Positions 1-13,589 of a DNA stretch of 64,000 nt are shown here, one piece after another (within the stretch, counting starts at the first letter, position 1; each line of letters begins with the position of its first letter). Position numbers and translations under genes: made by a program. The stretch is from Botryllus schlosseri. Taxonomy: Eukaryota. The notes beneath the pieces are model-generated. The model made no database searches and was not told where the DNA came from. It saw only the letters and a list, made by a program, of their open reading frames with translations. The stretch is taken from positions 372,001-436,000 of the forward strand of contig CM119371.1 in NCBI GenBank assembly GCA_051294905.1, read 5' to 3'.

Positions 1-1231
1 GCCTGCTAGTTGGGATTTATACCCGTGCCCATAATATTAATCCAATAACGAGATACTCAATACCAAATAAAAAGCCATTGTGTTGGCGATAAGGGATGAT
101 TACTGATTGACCGCGCGCGTTTGTAATCATAATTCCGGCCTGTCTTTCGTGTTCCAGAATTGTCGCGCCATATTACTGCTCAGTGTTCAGTCCAGCGACG
201 AATGCCGAGCGCGCGGCAATCAATCACCTAATTTCGCAATAATCTCAGCGAAAGATCGGGTCGGGTTTCATTGTACGATAAGCGTGCAGTCCGTGTATAG
301 ACGAATCTCTAATTGGTCGCGGCAGCATTAGAATGGTCATTTCAAATGGACGGGATTTTGCGTTTCAAAAGGAGGGTGTTTCGACACCCCCTGGCTACGC
401 ACCTGCCGTCACCACATGCAAAAATAAAAGTCGGTGCCTATGCAACCATATATGGGTGAATTAGCGGTGAAAGTTTTCGGCCGTACATCAACATCACGGG
501 CTCACTGCCGAATTGCCTGGGTTATTATTCATTGTTTAGTTGTCACAATCCCAAATGTTATCATATTTGATTTGGCAAAGATTCTCATCCACTTCGTCGC
601 TGTACTCACAGCGTATTTACAATAAAAAGACCCGTTCAAGGTCCAATCCAAGGAAGAGGTTGAAAAAAGCGAGGCAGATCGGACACTGACATTAGACTGA
701 TTGGTCTGCCAGACTGAGAGACTTCAACTGACCGTTTCGACACCCGCTGACAACTGTTTATCGCATTGTAGGCTACCTAGTTCGTTTTGAGCGGATAAAA
801 TAATAGAACTACTGTTTATGTCACACTCAGAATTTGGACCCCCTAATTTTTTGTCATACGTCGACTTGATTATTACTAGGGCACCCCTGAGCAGTCTGGC
901 ACCGGTTGCGGACCAGTTCTAGCGTAGTGAATGCGACTCAGTTTACACGAGTCATAAATTTGTTATATATCACATACAAGTACCGAGAGCTATAGTTTTT
1001 CAGAAAATTTCCGACAAACAAAGCTATGTGGTATCATGAGATTTATATGGCATCCAAGCTTAGAAAGGCTACTTCGCTATAATAAAGTATGGTTCCGCCT
1101 TATAGTTCGAGATTGATGTAAAATAATGGGCAGGAAAGCTGGGAGTAGAGGAGTCCCATGAAGAAAAAAAACTACAAATCTTCACTATACTCTGTTATTT
1201 TGCACAAATGAAATTTTAATACATGCTATAC

Positions 1232-2406
1232 CAGTAGTCGGGAATAGGGCTGGGCATTATGATTCGAGTACTCGAATCTGAATCGAGTATTAATTGTCAT
1301 GATTCGAGTCGAGTAGTAAAAGACGATATTTTCGAGTACTGGAATTATACGCTCCTCGCCACTAGAAGTTTATTTATCAAAGAGGATTATAGTTTTGACA
1401 GTAATTTTCACTGGTGAAGCCTTGAAACCTTGATTGGCCGTATCGTAGCATACGAAACATATAGTACAAAGCTACGAAGTTGCTGGAACTAGCAGCTTTT
1501 CGAAGTCAGCATCGTCTCGCAACATTGCCACCAAGTGCAATACAATCTGTATGGTCGAAAAAATACCAAAATATCTTTAATGTGATGGATAACAGGCATT
1601 ATATTCTTTGCGGTAGCATAAAAGGTACATATTTAAACTTTCACACATCGCGTTATGTTATGACGTCATAATGAGTGATACTCGATTACTCGACTCGACT
1701 CGAAGCATATCACGTGATTCAGAATCGAATCACTCAGGTACTCGATTTTGCCCAGCCCTAGTCGGGAACCATATTGACCCAATATTTTCAAATGTGACTC
1801 CCAAATAGCCATTATTGTATCTAAATATTGATCGACTTCTCCATTATTCGACTAACAAAACGTTGCGCTACACACCTACATTTTAACGGCGGTATACTAG
1901 AAAGCTATAACCTACCAATCAAGAACATGGATAGCTATATGGTGTTGTTTTTAATTTGAATTTCTAATTGTGAATGTCACTTTCAAGGCAGTTCATTCCT
2001 CAGCGTGGATCAGGAAAAAAGTGTATTTGATAACTGCATTGTCATACAAGCGTCGCTATGCCTGCTATTTTCCATCAATCAATCGATCAACCACGGTATC
2101 GTGCAATCCAAAATTTCGATGCGCACGATGTCTGGTAGATCAAATTCGCGAGTGACGTTATAGTTACTATAGTTACTCAGCAACTTGAAAAATTGAGGAT
2201 TTTGATAAGGGGATACAAGTCCCTAACCCTGGATTCCCCACTGTATTGACCTCTCAAGGGAATATTTAGGCTACCACGAGAATAATTATTCGGGCCATTA
2301 TGAAAATTTACTAACAAGTTGCTGCAATATCGATAAATTTATTACAAAATTAAAAATTTAATAAAGAGCCATATATGGCTCGCGAGCCATAGGTTCCCGG
2401 CCACTG
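1232..2406. mobile_element. Non-autonomous hAT (Charlie/Buster-like) element, interrupted by the 1245-1760 MITE
   Basis: Termini cagtagtcgggaacc (rejoined across the insertion) and ggttcccggccactg with adjacent ggctcgcgagcc; degenerate 8-bp flanks tgctatac/ttctataa. Confidence 0.6.
1245..1760. mobile_element. hAT-type MITE, family C (TAGGGCTGGGCA termini, gattcgagtactcga motifs)
   Basis: TIR tagggctgggca / tgcccagcccta; perfect 8-bp TSD gtcgggaa (1237-1244, 1761-1768); related copies at ~14226-15015, 14326-14739, ~26500-26950, ~45710-47800. Confidence 0.9.
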
Positions 2407-3053
2407 TTCTATAAATGACCTTTACCAAACTTTAGTTTAACAAACTTTCATATACCTTCGTCGCTATATTCATATACGAGCATCACAAGTTATCCAACCT
2501 AGCAGAAACCCTAACAACGGACAAGTGCCAGCGTAAGACTATATATATTAAAAAAAAACTCACATCGCTAAGCCCGATTTCCTGTGCGACTATCAATTCG
2601 ACATGTCTGCATTTCGTTATATAATGTGGACGAGCTTGCAATTGCTTCCCTTCTCACAGTATACTGTTCGTTTCGCGAACTGGGTAATTTCATTGTATTG
2701 CTTTCCATTTACTGAAACATACGAAGCGCCCTGCTAGCGCAGCATTGTTCCAAATATAAACCCTATTGAACAGATTCATGACGAATCTTCCTAACTCACA
2801 TATAGACGGTACAACGGGATAAAATAAGCCACTCACAAATGTATTACATATTGGACAGGGATATATAGAACTCCGGGATGGCTGACTTCATTTTGGCCTT
2901 TACCTAAGTAGGTCCAGAAAGTTACCTGCAATCTGCCTCGAAATATCCACTTTTCTGCAAGCTAGCGATACAGCTGTTTCTAGAATAATGATCCTCAACC
3001 TTTTGCAGAATAGTTAGTGAGTAAGCTAGACATTCTTCCCATATCACAACCTT

Positions 3054-3118
3054 ACTGCTGTATAGCCAACCTAGTAAAGTATGACACTGCTGTATAGCCA
3101 ACCAAGTAAACTATGACA
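3054..3118. repeat. Two-copy 32-bp tandem duplication
   Basis: actgctgtatagccaacc(t/a)agtaaa(g/c)tatgac repeated with period 32. Confidence 0.9.
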
Positions 3119-3849
3119 ACTCTGTATTTCAGTAAATCATGAATGTGTTTAATTTCTACACATCATATAATCTGCATCAGGCCATAAATAACAGTGAATA
3201 TCGAATAATATCAGCGTCTTCTACCTATTTACAAGCCATTGTCGGAAACCTTGCAGCTGGAAAGGGGGGGGGGGGGTAATAGGATTGATTAAATCAACAG
3301 TTTCAATTCGCGTTAATCGACAATTACGATGGAGTATAGGGTTGCATTTAAAACAAACATGATAAATCAAGGCCCTTGTATAAAACATCTTTTTTTAAGC
3401 CATGACGTCAAGAATATTCAATAGTGACGTCATATTGGATTGACATTGACAATTGTAAATATAGTGTAAATATAGCTCCTTTGACGAAATATCTGTGCTA
3501 TTGCTGTTAAACCGACTATTTTGAGGGTTCCAGCCATCCCATATCGATATTAGTCCGCTATATCGGGTGGTAATCGTCCGTGAGCTCATACAACACGTGT
3601 TTTGGAAAGTATTTACACAATTATGGCATAATTTTACAACTTAAAAAGAATTTTTTTCAAAAGGCCTTCGTTTAAAACACTGTTCAAAGCATGTTATAAA
3701 CATGGCGTTTCAAACACCGTTTGTTTTAAATGCACCCCCACCATGCAGCATTTACAATAACGAAAAGATAGCACGGCCTGTAAGGACTCGAAATTGTGAT
3801 AGCAGCATTGTCACCTTCTATGTCACTCAATGAAAGTTGATCAAGAAAT

Positions 3850-4945
3850 CAGCACACCATTGATACTTCTCTTCAGGTTCAAATGCAGCTTCGGGGGGTA
3901 GAAGTTTGGTACATATCAATATCAATTTGAGAAGCATTTGGTAGACCCAGTTGTTGAATTCAGCTGATATTTTGTTCACCAAGAAATAGTTTCATGACCG
4001 CAGTGAAGAAATTACCACCATGGCTTAACGGTACATCATGAATGGGCCTCCTGAAGCATTTCATGCCATTTATCAGTTGAGAAATATTCAGTATCATTGT
4101 CTTGCAGATTTTCCGATTGAGCGATAGATGATTCCATGTCAAAAAACATCTCGGTGAGGAGGCACGAGATCCAAATATTCAGATTGTAGCCATCTTTGCC
4201 AAGATTTCAATGGGATGTGCCCAGTATAATATATTAGGATATCCACTGTTGACGTGATGCAAATGCTGGAACATCGCGTTTCTTTTTCCGGAATCTGCAA
4301 CAAAAATGAACAAATGATGTATTTAGAGACACAAATTAACCTTAAGAATATATATATAGATGTATGCAGAGATGGTCAATAGTGAAGAACTTCTACTTCA
4401 TTGCAGTACTCAAGTAGGTGCTGCCTATTTTCGAAGATACATCTTGTAAATTTGAAGCAGCCATCTCCAAACTCAAGTACCTTTCAAGCATTTCACTTTC
4501 TACAGCTACTTGAGGAAGTTCAAATACCAGTACGCCCGGGAATACGACTGGTACTTGAGTAGCAATGCTGACTACTTTAACCACATCAGGATTAATGTAA
4601 ATCGCTCATTTTATAACGTATCACTAGAATCAGCCAAACTTACCTTGGGCCGACTGAGGAGAGCTCCATGCGTTATTGTGACGATTTGACGAAACCTTGC
4701 AAATTGAAAGCAATCTTCAGAGTTTTCTTTTCCTTCGTCGTACAGGCCTATAGCCTCTAGGCTGTAAGTGTTTATATGGTAAAGACAGGCCGTATCTCAG
4801 GGTCGTATCGTGTCCTGACGATTATATTGGCTTATCCATTCAAGGGAGTGGGCATCTTCATGGCTTCAGTAAGAGCAAATGGTCAACAAATGTTGTGGCC
4901 ATATACTGGGAGTCAGCCATTGGCAGTTCACAACAGTGCACGTCT
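3850..4945 (-). pseudogene. Frameshifted remnant resembling the P2X7 cytoplasmic ballast / nanor-like Cys-rich domain, possibly followed by an OTU-like segment
   Basis: Minus-strand motifs in order: VHCCELP (~4941-4921), TACLYHINTYSLEAIGLY...FARFRQIVTITHG, GT-AG intron 4643-4295, then RKKKRDVPAF / GYPN / YTGH in shifting frames; downstream DVPLSHGGNFFTAV and KYQWCADFLI. Confidence 0.45.
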
Positions 4946-6214
4946 GTTGAAGTATAATCCCAGTACTGTAGCATTAAGGTGCCGTTCATTAACAAACAAA
5001 CATATGCCTGCCTTGTTTTACTAGACATGTAACTGATGAATAGTATCTGTAACAAGAGATTGGATTCAACAGTTGTTATGGACAATTACAACTGCAACGA
5101 CCTTGACGTGTTGCGTTTGTATTAGATTCAAATGTTTGGTTATCCCTAATTGAAATGCCTCTTGAATCTTGCACACCGGTAGTGTACTCAGTGGCTCCAA
5201 TTCTTACTAGGAATAATCCAGCAATGATCTGGAATACCGGTAAGCCTGCAATACCAGTACTACCTGCATATTCACATATTAATCTATAGCACAAGATCTT
5301 AACTGACGAAGTCCTTCCTAACGGTCGCCTTCATAGTTCACACGGCACAGTGTAAATGTACACTTGCACTTGTACAATGTAAAGCCTTGGATGGTGACAT
5401 ACATTCGCGAAAAACATACCGCAAGGCGTGATCGAAATCATACTGCGGATATCAATGTTAACGTTGGAAATTATTCTACATTTTGTTATCTTCTCACGAT
5501 TATCAGCGCAGCAAAACATGTTACATTAGATACTACAGAAGCAGAGATATTCCGAAGGCGAGTAAATGACCGTACCGGCATACCGGTAAATTGCTACTGA
5601 AGGAATAGGGCTAATACTGCAAAGTTTCAGATCACCTGAACATCTCATGACCTAGTTCACCTCTAGCTTTATATAAGAACATAAACATGGATATTATATG
5701 CCCCTACCGCTCTCAAAAACTTAAAATTACACACAGATGAAGCGGCTGATCGGAACGTGCATCAAAACTGAATGCGTGATGCTGGACCTACTTAGGTAAT
5801 ACCGCGATGACGCAATTCACGCAGTCAGCCATCCCGGAGTTCTATATATCCCTGATATTGGATAGTAAATGTAGAATTGTTATGGTGAGTGGTATATAAC
5901 TATAAATAAAAATGTGTCCGTAGGGCCTACAATGGAGGCTGCTGTCCATACTGAGATAGGATTAATCAGAATGAAATTATGAATGAATGAAATGTTGACA
6001 TCGTGGTGTGAAAGATTCAAACAATATTAGGCCTGATTCGAATTACTAATTGCAAGGACAAGAGTACTTGTTGTCGACCATATTTTTATTGAAGATTTTG
6101 GCCAACCATAGCAACGATTATGGCCACAGTTTTATCGCATTTATCCTGCGTTTTAGCAGCGAATTTTGGCCGCATCCACAGGCCAAAACTTTATGTCTAT
6201 ATGTGTCCAGGCGC

Positions 6215-6705
6215 ACTGATTAAATTGCCAGGTTACCCTCGAACACGCTGCACACCAAATTTGGTTCAATTCTAACATGTATTAGCCGCCGCAGAGCCAA
6301 TTAAAATTTTTAATTTATATTGAAAAAAAAAATTCTGTGAACCTCATGAAGTTGTTGAGTTGTCTTCGAAAACGAAGCGGAGTTAGAGTTAGAGCGGAGT
6401 TAGAGCGGGGTTATTGCAGTTGAAATTTCTGGATTTGCAAAAATGGCATTGACGGTGGATATAATCCCACAATTAGGCTATAAATCAAAAACTACAATAA
6501 CTCCGCTTCGAAGCGTTGGAGTTGAGTCAAATTTGTTTTGCGTCGTTTTTGAAGAAGACTCATCAATTTCATGTAGCTGACAGAAAATTTCGAATTTTTT
6601 CATAATAAATTAAAAATTTAAATTGGCTCTGCGGCGGCTTATGCTTATTAGAATTGAACCATATTTAGTGTGCAGCGTGTTTAAGGGTGACTTGACAATT
6701 TAGTG
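6215..6705. mobile_element. Palindromic MITE (same family as ~41160-42100 and 44166-44778)
   Basis: Long inverted arms, e.g. aacacgctgcacaccaaatttggttcaattctaa vs ttagaattgaaccatatttagtgtgcagcgtgtt, and gccgccgcagagccaatt vs aattggctctgcggcggc. Confidence 0.75.
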
Positions 6706-7521
6706 AATGGCCGAAATCCGGAAAAAAGGTAAATTTTGAACAACTCTGTTCCAATGACCATTAGGGTTGACTGAACTAAATTTAACTGCAGTTCACATCG
6801 GACCCTTTTCAAACTCGACCTACAAAGCTCTCATTTGGTGCCCGCGAGATCTGCGTTGCTGACTACTTCCTCAGACAATAGCTTTTGTAGTAAAACAAAA
6901 CTGATCGTTTCGCCAACTGGCTTGTATTACTCAGCATTTACTGCGATATATAGGCCTACGACGCGCCTTAATGACGTGACTTTAGTCAAAAGGAAAATGC
7001 CTCTACTGCATCGATGACGATACTTCTTGAGGTCACATACATCTGCAACCGAGCGAGATAATAGCTCACCTACACATCCATAAGATAATATTCCACCTGC
7101 ACATCTTTAAGATTCAATGTAAATTTCCATGAATTGTTTATGAGTAATATAACACTTCATCCGTTCGATTTGAATAATACAAGACATTTGTTTAATTGAG
7201 TACTGACAGAATTACAATAATGCTATAGATCAGTGGTGGACAAACTACGGCCCGTGAGCACATTTTCTGCGTCCCTCGAGAATGTAGCAAGTATCGATAA
7301 AATCCGTAGTTAAATATGGTCACTGCTGCATCTTGATTAAAGTTTATCTTGATATTTTGCATAATGGTGCGACGAGCATATTGCCAATAAAAGAGGTCAG
7401 TTATTAAAGAAATGCAAATGCAACAAGAAATCACGAATATCTTTATATATTCGACTGTGAGCTGCGCACGATACCTGACAACACATTTCAGCGACCAAGT
7501 GGGTCCAGCGAGACCAGGTAC

Positions 7522-8104
7522 CAGGGTTGTAATGACTCGAGTCATGACTCGACTCGAGTCAGACTCGAGTCACGATTTTCGGATGACTCGACTCGACTCG
7601 AGTCATTCTCTCATAATACGGAAATGACTCGACTCGACTCGAGTCAATTTGTGTATTGACTCGACTTGGACTCGAGTCATTGCGCATGACTCGAAGCAAG
7701 TCATTGACTCGAGATTCGGACGGCCAAGACCGACATTTCATTGTAATTTCGAAGCCAAAACACTATTGGTATTTCGTTTGTTGGTACTGGTGCTTGAAAA
7801 TGCGACCAGAAACTTCTAAAAGTGAGGAAAATTGATATAATATAAATGCGAACCATTCAATATCACCAAACAGAGATAAAAGGTGGGTTTAGGAAGACTT
7901 TAAATGTAAACTGAGCAGTCAACACAATGACTTGGACTCGGACTCGAGTCATAATACCATGACTCGGACTCGATCCTCTGTTCGCTGACTTGGACTCGGA
8001 CTTGACTCGGTGGGAATTGAAAATGACTCGACTTGACTCGAGTCAAAAATATAAAAGTGAGATTGACTTGTGACTCGGAGCCTTGTGACTTGGTTACAAC
8101 ACTG
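7522..8104 (+). mobile_element. hAT-type MITE, family A (CAGGGTTGTAA termini, GACTC/GAGTC-rich subterminal repeats)
   Basis: cagggttgtaa...ttacaacactg; perfect 8-bp TSD ccaggtac (7514-7521, 8105-8112). Confidence 0.92.
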
Positions 8105-9253
8105 CCAGGTACCAGCTCAAAGACTACCTTATTGGCCTTTTGAGAAAGCCTTAATCCGTTTTTAAGCGCCTGGGTCAATTGGCAGTGTCTGGACCATTGC
8201 ACGTCTAGGCAATATACCCATTCATATCATATCATTACCCCTCAATGAGGTGCTGTTTACTTCGCCCGAAGCCGTTACAGCGAGTGAGAAACATTGATAT
8301 TTGGAACAGCGGAATATATTATATTGCAATACCAACAACAACAACAATACTTGAAACCAGAAATCAATTTCGCCATTTCTAAATGCTTTTCTTAATGTTA
8401 TTTTAAAATCTGAAATCAAATCGCAGCTCGCAAGATACGACCTGGCGGGACATATGCCGCGCGGCCACCCGCGGGCCAAGTATTGGTGACCCAAATAGTC
8501 TAGGGGTATCACAGTGTCCTGTCCTGGCCCACGCATTATGGTTGACACATCTCAGAAAGTATAAACGGAAATAATGACTCGTTTCGGATCACACATTGGC
8601 AACTCCAAGTTTTTTCTCAGTGCTCTTAATCTGTACTTGGAAAAGCGATTCGTGCACATGTCAGGTAGATTTGTCCTCTAGGCTTAATGCCAATCTGTGT
8701 AAAATTCATACTTGACTTTAGTCACGATTCATTCCTAATGTGTTGTTAAAAGTAACCTAAAAAATGCGCAGTCAAAGCCGAATGGTTTTGCTTTCCATTT
8801 ATTATAGACTGCCGAGCAGTGCGGCAACTGTCGCAGCCCGAATCCTCGAAGACGGTAAAGCTTTGGGCATTTTGAAGAGATTTGAACCACTTGGATTTTT
8901 CCTCGCAGTTCGGGCGATTTATTGTCGCCAAATTCTTCCATTATCGATCATCCCAGAGAAAAATACGCTTACATTATGCAGAAGAATCCGCTAGTATTCC
9001 CAATCATGAGCAAACGACGATCCTAATATCATAGCCTTTATAAAGGCTATGCTAATATCGCTACAGGCCGTTGAATACCTCAGTTTAAGGGCGTGCGACC
9101 CGCGTGTGCATGATCCTTCGGATACAGTATTTTTGTGCCAGCCAGAAAAAAAAACAAATGTGACTGCTGCAGTGCTGCATGTTCATCGAAAGGTTCAATA
9201 TATATATGTCAATTGTAAGGAGGTCGGCGTTAAAACAATCCTACACTTGCAGT

Positions 9254-9876
9254 CAGTGGCGTAGGAGCATATGCTGCGGCTTTCGTTAAAAATGCCGCCC
9301 TAAGATTGCAGCAAATTTTGAAATAGTTTCATATTCAAGCAATATTTTTAATAGGAGTAATTACAAATAATATTACGCGTCTTTGATGTCTCTCACTGTC
9401 TCAGCGTTGAGGCCAAATATAAAAGACAAAAATGGAGAACAGCCGTATTCGACAAATGAAAGATCAATAGACACCCCAGAATTGAGCTTTTTGGTCTTTC
9501 GCTGAAGCAAAATCAGCGATATTGTCTTCAAAATCATATTTTTGAACGTAGCCTCTTTTTATAGAAAGTGTCGATAAAGCTGAAAGCCCTAAATGTGACT
9601 TTATCATTTTGAGCTTTGAGAAATTCCTCTTGCTTGTAACAGCTTGCAATTGAAACACCAATTGTAAGATAAAGTTTCAGACTCATGCATATATACGGTG
9701 TCGAATCAAGTATAGGTGAGGTTTTGCTAATCACTGTAGAACATCGAACGCTGTTGCATAACGATCAGACGGGGTTTCACTGCTTTGTACCAGCCTCTAA
9801 AATCCGACAATCCTTATTTTCGACACGGTTGCGCGTGACGCAGAGCCAGAACCGCCAAATGGCTACTACACCACTG
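9254..9876 (-). mobile_element. Internally deleted hAT element retaining the transposase C-terminal dimerization segment
   Basis: TIR cagtggcgtag / ctacaccactg; perfect TSD cttgcagt (9246-9253, 9877-9884); minus-strand ~9720-9467 reads LTIGVSIASC..FSKLKMIKSHL..LSALSTLSIKR..DFEDNIADFASAK across frameshifts. Confidence 0.88.
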
Positions 9877-12216
9877 CTTGCAGTACGAGTCCCAGAGTAC
9901 AAATGTGACAACAAAAGAAAATGATGCACAGCCTATCATGAAAAAATAGCAATTTGGATACATATGTGCTTCTCACGTAAGAATTCTTACGATAAGTTTG
10001 AGTCGTTTGGCGATCCAAATATTCTCTGACTATAACGACAACCCCAACAAAACGAACGAAACATAAACAAAAAAAGTAGTTATTAACAATGGGCCCGAAG
10101 TTTTGCAATTATAAATTACCTGTTGCTCTAAATTTACTGCGCATAGTATGCCGATTATACCGTCGTATAAATCAGAGGCTGTGGGGCGTCACCCCTCGTA
10201 TGCTTGGTTGGTCACTATTTGGAGGCTTCATGAAGAAGTGCTGTTTAGTTGTTGTTGAAAAGTATCTATATTTCAGCGCCGTTAGTAACTCAATGTGCGT
10301 GACTGGTCATATAATGCATTCGATTCTGCAATTTTAAATAAACTCAAATTTTAATATTCTATTTACAGCCATCATTTATCAAATTATGCTCAGCTAAATA
10401 GAGCAAATAATTTTTTGAATGTTGGAGACAACAATAAGTTGTGCTGATGTTATCTTCACAAAATAACAGAAGGAAGGCTACTTTAACACAGTAACACGTT
10501 TGCTGAATCGTATTTAAACCTAATATGGCTTTGATGCTGTCTTGTCACCACCGTGTGTCATGAAGTTAAATCAACAGAAGTATAAGCAAATCTACGAACA
10601 GATTAAAATTACCATCCGGTTTTAAGAATCGGCATAACCGAATTTTATCCAGAATAGTGGCAAATTCCATAGGTTTGGAACGCAGCTGCTTCGTTGTGTT
10701 GAAAGAATTGATGAATAAAGAAGTTAAATCCGTAACAAAATCGCAGCAAAATTCACACCCACACTATTTGTGTAATTCCCTAATATCCCGATCGGTTAGT
10801 CAATTCTAAGACCTAACATAAATTCGCCCAACTTGTTGCAATGCTACGCTCAGTGTCGTCATACGTCGATCTCATCCCAGCAGGCAGTTTTGTCAACAGT
10901 CGCGCCGCTTTTTAGCTAGAAGGTAACTCTTTCATCAAGGTAGCCCAAACAGAGTTACCCGGCCCGCGATGTGCCAGCCTTTGTCGATTCGGCGCAGACG
11001 TTGTAGCTTGTAGGTACCAGACGTCGAGGACCGACAACCGCCAGCATTAGCTTTAATAAACATCTCATTGTCTGACATATCAATTGACCGCAACATGTTA
11101 CGTTACATATTGTCGTACCTTGTGCTCGGAGTGCATCAAACCTAGATCCCGCATGATACACTTTGCATGCATGCGCAACTTACTCAAGTGGCTACGTTTT
11201 CCCACTACTTTCACTTCTACTTATCACTTTTCCAGGCAACACCAAATAGGCTACTTATCTCACTTTTGCATTTCGGAAAGCAGAGTAGTTTTAAAATCAG
11301 TTCGCATCACTTCTAATGGTGAAATAGTTTAATATGAGCGCGAAATAGACACTACGATAACTGGATATCATCCGACGATTGAACTTGTACTTGTAATGAT
11401 ATTTCGCATATACCACATGAACACGACTGCACACTTGCACAGTCATCCAACTATTGGTTTTTAATAGACTCCATGGCCGCGCTATTGGCGTACTCAATAA
11501 TCCTGCAACTATCGCTGTCGCAGACAACTGTATTCGGACAACTGTAGAAGTAATTCAGTATCTCTTAATCCATAGTAAAGTAATAGACGACTGCGTGGTT
11601 GACAAAAAACAAACGTTTTAGCAATGCTTATGGCCATTACGCGTTGACTAGCTACGGAAGGATGCCTACTCGTTGCGGATGCCGATGTGCCCACGCCAGG
11701 GCTTAATAAGCTAGTGGTCGCGACGCGACCCCGATGGGCTCTTCGCCTCTTCTCTAGGGTCGTGGAGATATGGTTTAAATACAAATGACCATTAAAAGAA
11801 TGCCATTAAGATCATGCTATCGGCGGCTCATTTTTGAAAATTTTAGTCAATTTTCCAAAAAAGAAAAATAGCGGTCTCTGATGAATGTTAACTGACTACA
11901 AGAACACATTTGTAAAGCCGCCCAAGGCTTTTTTCAGGCGCGTCCTATATATATTTATCTTGTTCTGTCAGAGATAATTGTGCACCAAGGCCGCCGTGAT
12001 TTCCATTCTAATACCGGTTAACTTACCTGCTAGGTTACAAATATGAACCGCGTCAATCAGCAAACTGTGTTTATTCATACATATGGAGACTGGGAGCAGT
12101 GCAGGTATTTAATACAACTAAACTACGGACAGATTGTAATCACGTGATTGCGCAGTCAGTTAGATCAGCAACCAGACGAGGTTAGCAATATATGGTAGCT
12201 TCGTAAACGGATATGG

Positions 12217-12602
12217 CAGGGTTCTCACAAAATTTTGGTGCCTAGACTTGACTCGAGAGATTCTACTCGATTTGTGTATAACTCGACTAATTCTTAAAAC
12301 TCAAGATTAGGACGGACACGTCAGGCATTTCCTTCTAACTTGAAAGAATAGTAAACTACCAATTAATGCCCGAGTTTAAATATCAACCAGAGTGTAACAA
12401 CGTGAATAGAACAGGATTGAGCTTGAAAATGAACAATGAACACAATGACTATGACTCACAGTCGAGTCTCAACACTGTAACACGGACTTAAACTTTTGAA
12501 ACCTGACTACGACTTTACTTGGTGCTGAATTCAAAATGACTCGATTTGACTAGAGTCAAAACTAATAAAGTAGAATTGACTTTTGACTTGGTTACAACCA
12601 TG
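12217..12602 (+). mobile_element. Family A MITE, diverged copy
   Basis: cagggtt...ggttacaaccatg; TSD ggatatgg/ggatatag (1 mismatch). Confidence 0.7.
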
Positions 12603-13030
12603 GGATATAGTATTGTTTTATAACTTACGACTCTAGTGCAAAATGCATTACAAGCGGCTTTGACCGAAAGCTACTACTACGCTGATTTCGAAAATATAAA
12701 TTATAATCTGGTGAGGACGGTTGCACGACATACGAGCATGCGACACACTGAAAAGCAACAGATCAGCATGCGACACATTAGCATGTGTTTTCACAACCCA
12801 AAACTAACCATAATCCAATCCTCAATATAAACCATACCTGGCGCTATCCTCGAATATTACCCACATGCTGAAGTGTCGCATGCTTATATGCCCACGGACC
12901 GGTCTGGACACTGTAACTCACCCAAAATTACCCTTATATTTGTAAAAATTGACATGGTTTAGCAGCAAGAAAATGACCATACAAATGACCTATTGCGGCG
13001 TTCCAATTAATCGCAACAATGCCAGATTCC

Positions 13031-13489
13031 CAGTATTGTATCCTAGTCACAAACCAATCTTACTTTTTTTTTAGTTTTGACACGAGTCAAGTCGAGTCAC
13101 TTTCCATTTATCAGAGAGTCGAGTCCTAGTCCAAATCGTTGCGCAAAGGGTCACGTCCGAGTTCAAGTGATTGTGTCTACTGTTCAGTTTTAAGTTCAAG
13201 TCCGGTTCAATCCAATTTTTTAAAACTCTGCTTGGGTATAATCGATTGTTCCGTATTCGTAATATGCTGATTTTCATCATACTGAACAATTTCGGCTACT
13301 GATAAACGAAATGGCAATAATGCGGAACATTACCATTTTTCGAAGTTGCAATGAAATTCCATTCATTACCGTCCGAGTCTAGAGTCATACGACTTGGTAC
13401 GAGTCATGCGCAACGATCCGAGTGCAAGTCAAGTCACTATACAAATTGACTCGAGTCGAGACGGTGAAACTGGGGTCATTACAACCTTC
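13031..13489 (-). mobile_element. Family A MITE, diverged inverted copy
   Basis: gagtc-rich blocks and gtcattacaacc end matching 7522-8104 in reverse. Confidence 0.65.
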
Positions 13490-13589
13490 CCGATTTCAGG
13501 ATCTATATGCTGTCCAACCGTGCAGCCACTGCACATGTATCAGTAGGTTGGTTGCGTATAGCGTCGGCAGAAAGGAAAAACTTCCAAAC

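Larger units (their letters stand above)
2856..5854. mobile_element. 3.0-kb TIR DNA element (hAT or P-like) carrying a degenerate spliced gene
   Basis: 29-bp TIR cagggatatatagaactccgggatggctgac / gtcagccatcccggagttctatatatccctg, plus subterminal inverted tacctaagtaggtccag; perfect 8-bp TSD atattgga (2848-2855, 5855-5862). Confidence 0.9.

Noticed and set aside
434..706. Hydrophobic ORF as a membrane-protein exon
   Set aside because: Internal stop, no recognisable family and no clear splice context
7530..7720. GACTCGAGTC repeat clusters as a CRISPR-like array
   Set aside because: Irregular pentamer repeats inside a TIR/TSD-bounded MITE; no constant repeat-spacer period, no cas genes, eukaryotic context
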